Below are positions 1 through 9,170 of a DNA stretch of 21,721 nt, piece by piece. The position numbers and the translations under genes were made by a program. How positions within the stretch are numbered: the stretch's first letter is position 1; the number at the start of each line of letters is the position of its first letter. The DNA is from Zygophlyctis sp. KS116 (taxonomy: Eukaryota; Fungi; Chytridiomycota), in assembly GCA_054661495.1 (NCBI GenBank), contig BAAFSQ010000171.1, positions 1-21,721 of the forward strand. The letters run 5' to 3'. Under the pieces are notes generated by a model. That model was not told the DNA's origin. It searched no databases and was given only the letters and a program-made list of their open reading frames with translations.

Positions 1-1611
1 CTTTAAGAAAAATAAATCAACTTGCAATGGAAAATCTTAAAAGAGATCAACTCAATGAAATGCTTCCAAATTCAATAGTTCATTCCCTCCATTAGCCTGT
101 GGTGCTGATAACGTATTAGAAACTTGAACCCTTCTAGCTCTAGGAATTTTACTAGGTGCTCCTCCAACTGACCTTGATCTTAATACTCTTTCACTACTCA
201 TTTGCAATAAACTTCTATCACTTATTCTATTCTAAACTTTGTTGAAAAAATACGCCAGTATGGATACTCAGATAGAGAAAAAATGCGAGACTTCAGATTG
301 TTCAGTAGATTCTTAATGATCCCGACTCTATCTCATACGGTCTTGATTTGTTTGCAGCAACTACAGACTGCGATGATATCTCAGAAATTTCAAAGATCTT
401 TAGATTTATGGAGACTTCTGAGAGTTTAATCCAGCAGACTGGTTGGTCGATCCTCTGTAGGGATCCTATCTTTGTTTTTGTTCCGCAGATCAAAGAGGAC
501 GATCTGTGCCGATCTCTCAAAAAACTTTCGGAGTTTTTATTTTTAACTTGTGCAATCGTTCTGAATTTTGGCTAGTAACTAAAACTATATTAGTTAAATT
601 CTGTTGCAAAAAATCACCTATCCCCTCATTTTCCAAGTCGATTACATTTCATGAATTTAAAAAGGTAATCGAGGAAATTTTCAAGCAAAAAACGCTTTTG
701 TCGTTGAATAAAACACGGGGGCTTAAGGGTTAGTTAGGGTTAAACTTCCCATTTGCGGTTCAGTTCGTGTGAATGTTAGGTCTGTGCACTCTACAGACCC
801 ATCTCCTTTAGACCCAATTAGAAAGAATAGTCTCTTCCCAATGACTAAAAGAAAACTTACAATACTTTCCAACGAGTCAAGCTCCACAGAGAAAATGCCA
901 TCGCTAAAAAAACAACAAAACAGCAAAAAGGAGACAGGAAGAGAGAGATAAGAGAATACTTCATAAAAAATACCTTGCGGGAGGATGAAATTACATTTGA
1001 TGCCATTCCACTTCCAAAATCACATCTCCCAAACTTTGAAATTGTCAAAAATGAAGTTAAACGATGTAGATGTGCAATACAATGCTAAGGAAGAGGACAT
1101 TGATTTGGACCAAAATTGAAGTAATTCAAGCTTGTGACAGTGAAAAATGATCAATTGGTAATAATCAATGCATTTGATAACGAATCTTAGGAATGCATTC
1201 TTCTAATGGCACGATTTTGTCCCTCTGATTCTTCCATGACGTTTTTTATTTCATTCTACCAACTGAAAGTTTATTCAGTTCTTGAATCAGCAGCCCAGAT
1301 TTCATGCGATGCTTTTCAATTGGTAATTCGAATTTATTCATGATACGATACAGCATTTATCTGAAATTTGTAATGCCGAAGTCCCATATTTCAAACTCTT
1401 ACAAATAACCAAACGTTTTAGTCTAATGCTCACAAAGATGAAAATCGACAAATTGAAAAAGGTTCCGAGAACTTGATTGTGTATCTTGTCTGCATCACGA
1501 CACATTGCACCTGGCCGTTGACGGTGGTTTTAAACTCAGCAAGCTAGGGTTAGACTCCACGAATTCAAATATTTTGTTTAGTGATGAGATTACAGCTTGT
1601 ATTTGAGCGAG

Positions 1612-1870
1612 ATACAAAGATGTATTGGGGAGTAGATGAGTTAGTCGAGAAATAGAGGCAAGGGTCCTGGGGGCAGGGAGAGAAATTGAGAGTCCGTAGA
1701 GCTTTATTGAGGTCCTTATTCCATAGATGTGGGGATTGTTTCAACCCATAGAGAGAAAAATTAAGTGACCAGAACCGATTACCAAACCCCGGAAAACCTT
1801 GAGGAAATTTCATAAATATCGGTTTATCAAGTTTTGAGTTTAGGAAAGCTGTTACCGCATCTACCACATG
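1612..1870 (-). mobile_element. Ty1/copia LTR-retrotransposon reverse transcriptase (RVT_2-type) fragment, truncated
   Basis: Translation HVVDAVTAFLNSKLDKPIFMKFPQGF...LNFSLYGLKQSPHLWNKDL...F.PCPQDPCLYF matches the copia RT motifs (DVxTAFLNG, LYGLKQSPRxW, DPCLY). It breaks off at YIFV, just before the expected YVDD. No integrase, RNaseH or LTR is seen. Confidence 0.9.
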
Positions 1871-1916
1871 ACTAATTAGGCGTAGAATATTGTATTTGCC
1901 AGTGGGAGCCCACCTG

Positions 1917-2015
1917 ATTTTTGAGAAAATTCCTTAAACGATCTTTTGCAACCTCGACAAAGAGTATTGATTTTAGCGGCTTGAAAGGATCTTGCGTTAT
2001 ATAAGCTGATTGACC
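1917..2015 (-). pseudogene. Displaced ~100-bp fragment of the ABC1 kinase gene (copy of ~5904-6002)
   Basis: Ungapped match to 5904-6002 with about 14 mismatches by hand count. It reads GQSAYITQDPFKPLKSILFVEVAKDRLRNFLKN versus GQSAHISEDPSKLLKSMHSVEIAKDRLRNFLKN in the intact gene. Confidence 0.9.
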
Positions 2016-2041
2016 GGAAAAAATAACACATACGTGAAATT

Positions 2042-2246
2042 CAGCGAATCCCTTTTATATCAGTAAAACGCACAATACCAACAAAATGAACAGAATCAAC
2101 AGCAAAGTATTCAGGATTTCAACAAGATTTGAACTTCGGGTGTTTGTGCTGTTATAGCTTCTATTTTCTGTTGTCCGTTCAACTTTTGCTGCTGTCCTCC
2201 TGGTAATCGTGAAGAAAGATGTGCTAGATGTGGTACCAAACAATAA
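2042..2246 (+). pseudogene. 5'-truncated, degenerate copy of the LITAF/BRI3-like gene
   Basis: The 3' part (FCCPFNFCCCPPGNREERCARCGTKQ*) is nearly identical to 2470-2802. There is no start region, and there are in-frame TAA and TGA codons upstream. Confidence 0.85.
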
Positions 2247-2469
2247 ATTTGAATTTGAATGCATATATACTTTTGACTGTTAGTGCGTCCGAGCTTTTAA
2301 CTCAAGGAAATCTTTTAGTCCGAAACCTTTCAATCGCTAAAGGCTGCTATATTTCCATCCAATCAAAACGATTAGTAATTTACATAGATTATTTTAAAAA
2401 TCTATTTTTAAATATCTATTTTTGTCTAGTGCCTTGAAATTAATCCTAAATCCGAATTAACAAACACTC

Positions 2470-2802
2470 ATGTCTTCTGGTACAAATCAACAACAACTTC
2501 CACAATTAACACAGCCTCCAGTTTATGCTGAATCTAAACAAAATCCTCAGCATCAGCAAAATCCTCAGCATCAGCAAAATCCTCAGCATCAGCAAAATCC
2601 TCAGTATCAGCAAAATCCTCAGCATCAGCAAAATCCTCCGTTTCCTCAGTATCAACAGCAATGTATGCATGATTTCAAAAAGACTGGAAATTGGGATGTC
2701 TTTGATATTCTGGCCTGTGTTTTCTGTTGTCCGTTCAACTTTTGCTGCTGTCCTCCTGGTAATCGTGAAGAAAGATGTGCTAGATGTGGTATCAAACAAT
2801 AA
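2470..2802 (+). CDS. Small Gln/Pro-rich, Cys-rich membrane protein, LITAF/BRI3 (brain protein I3)-like, 110 aa
   Basis: Intact ATG-TAA ORF. It has an N-terminal PPVY (PPxY) motif and QNPQHQ repeats, then C-x-H ... hydrophobic Cys-rich segment (ILACVFCCPFNFCCC) ... RCARCG, the split zinc-knuckle/membrane-hairpin layout of BRI3/LITAF proteins. Confidence 0.75.
   Translation: MSSGTNQQQLPQLTQPPVYAESKQNPQHQQNPQHQQNPQHQQNPQYQQNPQHQQNPPFPQYQQQCMHDFKKTGNWDVFDILACVFCCPFNFCCCPPGNREERCARCGIKQ
2539..2637 (+). repeat. Coding 18-bp tandem repeat (CAAAATCCTCAGCATCAG), ~5.5 copies
   Basis: Directly visible; encodes QNPQ(H/Y)Q. The paralog at 4362-4640 has three fewer units. Confidence 0.95.
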
Positions 2803-2968
2803 ATTCAAATTTGAATGCATATATACTTTTGAATTTTAGTGCGTCCAAGCTTTTAACTCAAGGAAATCTTTAAGTCCGAAACCTCCAATCGCTAAAAAAA
2901 ATTGAACGATTTTGATATTTTAGCAGGTTATGTTCAGTTTAAAAAGTTCAAAAGAATATATTAAAAAT

Positions 2969-3722
2969 CTAACATAGATTTCTCTTGTTTCTATCCAGGC
3001 ATTTTTTCTCGTTGAATGAAATATAACTAAATACTTTAAACTAAAACTCTTACAGATAAATCAAATTTCTCAAACGTCCGAGATCTTCTGGTATTCTACC
3101 AGAAAAGGAGTTGCGTGAAAGATCCCTTTAATTTAACAATAAAAATTTACAATCCAATCAGATGAGTCATATCGCTAATAGTGTTTGGGATCCTTCCAGA
3201 AAAACTGTTATCTCTTAGCGTTCTGTCGATATCAATTTAGAAAGATCTTACAGGATTTGTAAATTGGACAAATTATTAATTTCAAGAGGAATTGCTCCAA
3301 ACATCTGATTGTTACTTAAATCACTAATATCATTTAATATATAATTACAGTTCAAGCAAATTACGCAATTTTAGGATCGTATGAGGTATTTCTCCACTTA
3401 GATATTGCTTACTCCATTTAATTTCAATTACTTTTGTCTCTTCTCCATAACCAGAGCATCCCAACCCGGGAATTTTATAACCGCAACAGTATTCATGATT
3501 AGAATGTGGATCAGGATAGTGTGGCTCTTGTCTAGGCAAAGATCTTCCCATCTGTACCCAGCCATACATGACATTACAACAATCATCAGAAACAGCAGAA
3601 AAAACAAGAGCTTGATTCACTCCACGCAAACATTTAACTTCGCCCTGAATTCTTGGAATCATGACTGCAAGAATCAATAGTATGAACCCCCGGCTGAACT
3701 CATTTTTGAAATATCCAATCAT
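2969..3722 (-). CDS. Putative secreted leucine-rich-repeat protein (plant-type 24-aa LRRs with Cys N-cap), ~215 aa, possibly 3'-truncated
   Basis: Exons 3722-3349, 3323-3252, 3222-3151, 3125-3054, 3026-2969; GT-AG introns of 25, 29, 25 and 27 nt. Signal-like FILLILAVMIP, CC...CC...C cap, then repeats LDLSNNQMFGAIPLEINNLSNLQI / LTLRDNSFSGRIPNTISDMTHLIG / LDLSRNSFSGRIPEDLGRLRNLIY. Confidence 0.88.
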
Positions 3723-3933
3723 TTTAACCTTTGGGGAGCTGCTTTAAAGTTCAAGTTTGAAAAATTCTTCCTCTTGTAGCAGCTTGATCATCAAGCGTTT
3801 AAGGCTTTGACATTTTGAAGCGTATCATCAATCTTGTAAGCCATTATAATCGATATCAAAAAATTTATTCAAACATTGCTAGTGCTTACGTTATATAAGC
3901 TGATTGACCGGAAAAAATAACACATGTGAAATT

Positions 3934-4138
3934 CAGCGAATCTCTTTTATATCCGTAAAATGCACAATACCAACAAAATGAACAGAATCAACAGCAATGT
4001 ATGCATGATTTCAAAAAGACTGGAAATTGGGATGTCTTTGATATTCTGGCCTGTGTTTTCTGTTGTCCGTTCAACTTTTGCTGCTGTCCTCCTGGTAATC
4101 GTGAAGAAAGATGTGCTAGATGTGGTACTAAACAATAA
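3934..4138 (+). pseudogene. 5'-truncated copy of the LITAF/BRI3-like gene with intact Cys domain
   Basis: In-frame TAA at 3956-3958 and no N-terminal PPxY region. 4001-4138 is still open (MHDFKKTGNWDVFDILACVFCCPFNFCCCPPGNREERCARCGTKQ). Confidence 0.8.
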
Positions 4139-4361
4139 ATTTGAATTTGAATGCATATATACTTTTGACTGTTAGTGCGTCCGAGCTTTTAACTCAAGGA
4201 AATCTTTAAGTCCGAAACCTTTCAATCGCTAAAGGCTGCTATATTTCCATTCAATCAAAACGATTAGCAATTTACATAGATTATTTTAAAAAATCTATTT
4301 TTAAATATCTATTTTTGTCTAGTGCCTTGAAATTAATCCTAAATCCGAATAACAAACACTC

Positions 4362-4640
4362 ATGTCTTCTGGTACAAATCAACAACAACTTCCACAATTA
4401 ACACAGCCCCCAGTTTATGCTGAATCTCAACAAATTTCACAGCATCAGCAAAATCCTCAGTATCAGCAAAATCCTCCGTTTCCTCAGTATCAACAGCAAT
4501 GTATGCATGATTTCAAAAAGACTGGAAATTGGGATGTCTTTGATATTCTGGCCTGTGTTTTCTGTTGTCCGTTCAACTTTTGCTGCTGTCCTCCTGGTAA
4601 TCGTGAAGAAAGATGTGCTAGATGTGGTATCAAACAATAA
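4362..4640 (+). CDS. LITAF/BRI3-like Cys-rich membrane protein, second intact copy, 92 aa
   Basis: Same N-terminus and Cys domain as 2470-2802, with a shorter Q/P repeat. Confidence 0.75.
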   Translation: MSSGTNQQQLPQLTQPPVYAESQQISQHQQNPQYQQNPPFPQYQQQCMHDFKKTGNWDVFDILACVFCCPFNFCCCPPGNREERCARCGIKQ

Positions 4641-4848
4641 ATTCAAATTTGAATGCATATATACTTTTGAATTTTAGTGCGTCCGAGCTTTTAACTCCAG
4701 GAAATCTTTTAGTCCGAAACCTCCAATCGCTAAAAAGGCCAATAAACAATTAACAACTCAAGTGTGTCCGCCGATCAGCTATTTTTAAACATCTATTTTT
4801 AGCATGTTGAGCCTTGAAATTAATCCTAAATCTGAATAAAAACCATTC

Positions 4849-5060
4849 ATGTCTTCAGATCCAAATCAACAACAACTTCCACAATTAACACAGCCCCCAG
4901 TTTATGCTGAATCTCAACAAATTTCACAGTATCAGCAAAATCCTCAGCATCAGCAAAATACTGGATATTGTTGGGATGTCTTTGATCTTATGGCTTGTGT
5001 TTGTTCAACGTTTGCTGCTGTCCTCCAATAAAACGTGAAGAAAGATGTACTAGATGCGGT
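4849..5060 (+). pseudogene. Degenerate full-length copy of the LITAF/BRI3-like gene
   Basis: Starts MSSDPNQQQLPQLTQPPVYAESQQ. Internal deletions remove CMHDFKK and shift the frame; the REERCTRCG remnant is out of frame after the stop at 5031. Confidence 0.8.
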
Positions 5061-5292
5061 TTTATCCAAGGTCCAGCTTTACTGAACCTACAAATCAGCT
5101 TCAACAACTTCCGGAATTAATTCTATTGCCAGGATCTGATTCTGAATGCACGGAAATTTGGACGGTTTTGCACGTTATTTCCAGTTTAAAAAATTCAGAA
5201 GACTTAGATTAAGCTCGATATTTGTAATTAATTCGAACAGTTTTAGTGTTATGCTGATTCCATACTGATTTAACCCAAAAGGAAATAAGAAA

Positions 5293-5368
5293 TCTTATTG
5301 ATTGTTATTTTGGAATTTTGAAGAGCATAGTCTTATTGAATGTTATTTTGGAATTTTTAAGAGCATAT
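5293..5368. repeat. 38-bp tandem duplication (2 copies)
   Basis: TCTTATTGATTGTTATTTTGGAATTTTGAAGAGCATAG is followed directly by a copy with 3 mismatches. Confidence 0.9.
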
Positions 5369-5474
5369 TGAATCAAGTTTACTTGTTAAATTTAAAAAAG
5401 ATCTTGCAAGCGCTGGATAATTTTAGCCACTCAAATAATTTTCTGCTTTATTTTACTCAAATTGTCTGATTTTA

Positions 5475-7178
5475 TTATGATGAAAGAGCTCGAGGATCTA
5501 TTTTCAGACCAAATCTTTTTTCGATTTGATGTATTGCTAAAGCATCGGTTATTGATTCATATCCATCTGATTTTGTACCAAATACGATTAAGCTGCAATA
5601 TTGATAGGCTTTGGTCATTTTGAAGGCAATTGAAGATGTGAAAAGCATCAGCTTGAAGTAAAGAAATCGAAGTCTAGATGATAAAGCGTTTGATACTCGA
5701 TCCATCAATGAGTTTTTAAAGCTTTGAGAGGTTCGTAGAGACAAAGGATTGCTCCATATTGTCCAGTCACTGCCCAGGTTCATAACTGCTATTTCAGCCA
5801 TAATGTTAATTCTGTTTACTGGACTTCCCAAACTTCGATTACTAGCCCGGACACAATTCATGTTTCTTCCAATAAATAATAGCTCTTTAGGTATCAGTTC
5901 TGTATTTTTGAGAAAATTCCTTAAACGATCTTTCGCAATCTCGACAGAGTGCATTGATTTTAGCAACTTGGAAGGATCTTCGCTTATATGAGCTGACTGT
6001 CCAGGAACCCAGGCTTTTTGTAGGGTTGCAGATGCCAGTAATTGTATATCTGACATTCCCCAGTTCTGAGATATCTCTTCCATTCTTTCTTGATCGCCCA
6101 AAAATATGGATTTCCAAAAAATAGCATTATCATGAGTAAATTGAGAAGAGCATTGTATATATAAACCATGGTCAAGAAGAACGACTTGAGCATCTGACGG
6201 ACTCTTTGGGTTCCGTCTAATAATCATATTCCCTGGATGTGGATCGCAGTGAATAAATCCCGTCCTAAATATCTGATCTGAAAATACACGAACAATATTA
6301 GTCATCAAATCTTTGATAGAATAACCAGATTTCAAGATTTCTTGAGTTTCTGAAAATCGTATACCATCTATCCATTCTGCTGTCATAATTCTTTTTGTTG
6401 TATGCTCCCAAAAGACCTATGCTTAAGATATTCTTCTAAATACCTTTGGCACGTAAACATTTTTCTTGAGAAAATCATCTTCTTCTATAAACTTTGCTGC
6501 CAATTCAGCATTTCTCCCTTCATTCATAAAATCAGCTTCTTTTTTGAGATGATCATGAATATATCCTAGTATAAGTTAAAAAAATCTACCAGCAGACCAT
6601 AAAAGTGGCAAGTCAAACAACTTTTCGAATCCGTAAAGAATTATTTTATGGAAAAAAAGATCCCAACCCATTTGAATAGCAATGTTTGGTTTTTGAACTT
6701 TAACTGCCACTTTAGTATCATCAGCCAACGTAGCGAGATGAACCTGGGCAATTGACGCTGATGCAATTGGATCATTTGAAAAAGTCTTGAATACTTGTAG
6801 AGGCAGAGCACCAAATTCTTGTTTAAATATTTTTTCAACTTCCTCTATAGGCACAGATGGAGCATTATCATAAAACTCTTTAAATTCATCATAGTATTCA
6901 GATGGCAAAACTGGAACAGTTGCAATTTGCTGGCCAAACTTAATATAGAGTCCCCCATTCTTTTTGCAGACGTTATGCATCATTTTTGCGACTCTAGAAT
7001 GCATTCTGGCAACTTTATCCAAATCATCATCATCAGAATTCAATTTATAGTCTAATGCAATCATCATACCAGACCCCAATGTCCGCAAGTTTCTTTCAAA
7101 TGTAGAAGCATTGTAATACTTATCAACCAGATAACTACTCAACAAAACACCAGATGTTAATGCTAAACGTTTGCTCAT
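5475..7178 (-). CDS. ABC1/UbiB (ADCK1/Mcp2-like) atypical kinase, ~550 aa
   Basis: Exons 7178-6590, 6565-6444, 6416-5475 (introns 24 and 27 nt). Motifs NGGLYIKFGQ, PIASASIAQVH, VAVKVQ, EADFMNEGRN, IHCDPHPGN, LLDHGL. Confidence 0.95.
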
Positions 7179-7225
7179 TAACTTCAACCCTGACAATAAG
7201 CACCAATTTATTTAATAGATCAACA

Positions 7226-8177
7226 CTAGGCAACAATAGAGTCAGGCTCAACACCCAAAATATCGCAAGTCTGGACAAACATTTGTAAATTCTAAGAAAT
7301 AAATCAAGTAATCAATTACCTTTTTTCTTAAATGCCTTAGAATTTTTACTCTTTTGGAAGTAAAAAGATCCAATTGTCTCTTCATTGAATTATCCTTTGG
7401 ATTCTTCTCCAAATGTTCCTTGAATCTTTGTATTCTTAGAGTAAACATGCCAGCTTGAACTTGAGAAGACCCAGTATCAAATGGTTCACTCCCCAAGAGC
7501 TCTATAATCCTTTGTCTATTAAACTTTTTAAATGAGACTCCACTTCCATTTTCTAGTGAAATAATTCTTCGCAAACATTCTGCTTGTGCTTTATCATTGG
7601 AATTTTCATCACGGTTAGACTTTTTTGCAGCCGCCAGACTAGTTTTTTTTAGCAAAAGGTCTAATTGATCTGGCTCTAGATTAAAAGCATAGTATGGTCC
7701 ATTAGAGGTAGTAGTTGTTACATTTCCAAAAGTCCCTGATTTTTTAATTATTTTAGGGACGGTATCATTTTTTATACTTAAAACTCTTTCAACTTCCTTC
7801 TTTACCACAGTTTTCTGCATTCTTATACCAGATTTAACAACTTCATCCTTTGGCGAGTCCTTGATTCGTAGAGATCTCAATTTTAAAGTTTCTGTAATGT
7901 CACCAGGAATAATTGGAAGTGGGTTAGAGGCATCTGAACTGACTAAAAAGTCTTTCAACTTGAATTCAGGTTCCTTGATCTGTCTTTGAGAGTCTTTTGT
8001 TGATGATCGTTTTAAAGTGGTTGGGGAATATCTCTTATCTCTGCCAATTTCAGAATAGCGATCGCCCAACTTTGACTTTAACCAAGACTTTTTCTGAACA
8101 TTCTTTGCATGAGATGCTCTAGTGATCCTGTTCCGCAGCGCAGGAAGTCTTGAGAGATTGAAGAGTGAATGTTTCAT
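7226..8177 (-). CDS. Mitochondrial ribosomal protein uS15m (S15 family), ~307 aa
   Basis: Exons 8177-7320 and 7291-7226 (28-nt intron). Basic N-terminal presequence-like region; S15 motifs DTGSSQVQAG.FT.RI, HLEKNPKD, KRVKILRHLR; the spliced end is NLQMFVQTCDILGV. Confidence 0.92.
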
Positions 8178-8268
8178 GATTTTTTCAACTGCAAAGGTTT
8201 AACTCTAGGTTTGATAGTTAACTTAAAAAGACTGAAAGAACAATCTCAATTACATGCAGTAGTCAATC

Positions 8269-8829
8269 TTAAGCAGTTGTATTTGATCTCAAGTAATTAT
8301 AAAACCCAGGCCCAAACCAAAATATTGTAATGAGAAAGTAAGCGGCCAGAACAGAGCCAATCACAACGGATCCTAGTTTCCCTATAATCCAGTTAAATCC
8401 TCCTAAAGCACTGAACTTTGCTCTCAAACCAGCCGATGCTTTTTGTGTATCAATGTTTCTTTTTTCAACTCCCAAGACTTTAGAACTGATATGTGCTAAA
8501 GACTTTGAATTCTCAAGTTTCAGGTTTTGTGAAATTGGGTTCCAAACCTGTCTAGTCCATTTTCCGGTAAAAGAAGTGGTCAATTCTGAAAAATCCTGAA
8601 AGAATATTGACGGATCACTTTTCAGGCTGTAATGCCTTTTCCATAGCTGATCAATTTGGTTTAACAGTGGCTCGGCAAAGGAATTTATGATTAATTTCTT
8701 GATCGGAAGGTGTTGAAATTCTAGAGATATTGCATCAAGACTGTATTGATGAGCATCTTTAAGGGCTACTGTTGGAGACAACTGATATGCAGCGGATAAA
8801 TTCAAAAAAAGATAAATCACTAGAAACAT
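8269..8829 (-). CDS. Uncharacterised protein with signal peptide and C-terminal TM helix, ~186 aa
   Basis: Long open frame. The ATG at 8829 gives MFLVIYLFLNLSAA (signal-like); hydrophobic LGSVVIGSVLAAYFLITIFWFG lies near the C-terminus. This start avoids overlap with the divergent gene. Confidence 0.65.
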   Translation of the reverse strand: MFLVIYLFLNLSAAYQLSPTVALKDAHQYSLDAISLEFQHLPIKKLIINSFAEPLLNQIDQLWKRHYSLKSDPSIFFQDFSELTTSFTGKWTRQVWNPISQNLKLENSKSLAHISSKVLGVEKRNIDTQKASAGLRAKFSALGGFNWIIGKLGSVVIGSVLAAYFLITIFWFGPGFYNYLRSNTTA

Positions 8830-8879
8830 TTTTGAGAATTTTCGATTTTTGTGCAGGTAGGTCGAGGGCACATTGTCAA

Positions 8880-9170
8880 ATGAAAGAGCAAAGGCCAGAT
8901 GTTGTACCATTTAAATTTCCACAAGTTGCTGCTGAAGAATTAGAGCCAGATGTTTTTGGAACAATGGGATATATGTTTGCAATTATTTCTCTCATCCTAA
9001 AAATGAAGCTGGTGTCTCTTTTTGGATTCTTCTTCTCAATTAATTCAATCTTGAATCAAAAGGAAACAGAGAGACAAGGTTTAGGCTCAGGAATATCTTT
9101 GACAACTGTAGCTCTTATTATCAATTATGTTGCCCCTTATCTAATACCGCTTCCTCAGTCTTCTACGTGA
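8880..9170 (+). CDS. PAT complex subunit Asterix (PAT10/WDR83OS family), 96 aa
   Basis: MKEQRPDVVPFKFP...PDVFGTMGYMFAIISLILKMKLVSLFGFFFSINSILN...LTTVALIINY parallels the Asterix pattern RPxxVxxY...PDYxxxLGMIFSMCGLMLKxK...SFAN...AVVMSY. Three hydrophobic segments. Confidence 0.8.
   Translation: MKEQRPDVVPFKFPQVAAEELEPDVFGTMGYMFAIISLILKMKLVSLFGFFFSINSILNQKETERQGLGSGISLTTVALIINYVAPYLIPLPQSST

Larger units (their letters stand above)
1995..2898 (+). repeat. Segmental direct duplication, copy 1 (partner 3889-4736)
   Basis: Colinear near-identity from CGTTATATAAGCTGATTGACCGG to CCTCCAATCGCTAAAAA. The main length difference is 54 bp (three 18-bp units). Confidence 0.95.
3889..4736 (+). repeat. Segmental direct duplication, copy 2 (partner 1995-2898)
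   Basis: Colinear near-identity with 1995-2898. Confidence 0.95.

Noticed and set aside
723-742. Interstitial telomeric repeat (TTAAGGGTTAGTTAGGGTTAA)
   Set aside because: Only one perfect TTAGGG plus degenerate neighbours; too short to call as a feature.
1-1560. Short ORFs (302-520, 348-575, 506-733, 723-1048) and a possible frameshifted gene at ~841-1190
   Set aside because: No recognisable motifs and no consistent intron model; probably decayed sequence that I cannot identify.
2506-2839. Alternative-frame ORFs with ILSISK and RILLML repeats (also 3947-4175, 4417-4677)
   Set aside because: By-products of the stop-free 18-bp repeat; only the Q/P + Cys frame has recognisable motifs.
1995-4736. 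The two ~0.9-kb direct repeats as LTRs of a retroelement
   Set aside because: No TG...CA termini, PBS/PPT or target-site duplication seen; they consist of host gene copies, and the copia remnant lies outside them.
8772-8910. Apparent 139-bp head-to-head CDS overlap in the ORF track
   Set aside because: It disappears when the better-supported ATGs at 8829 (signal peptide) and 8880 (Asterix N-terminus) are used.
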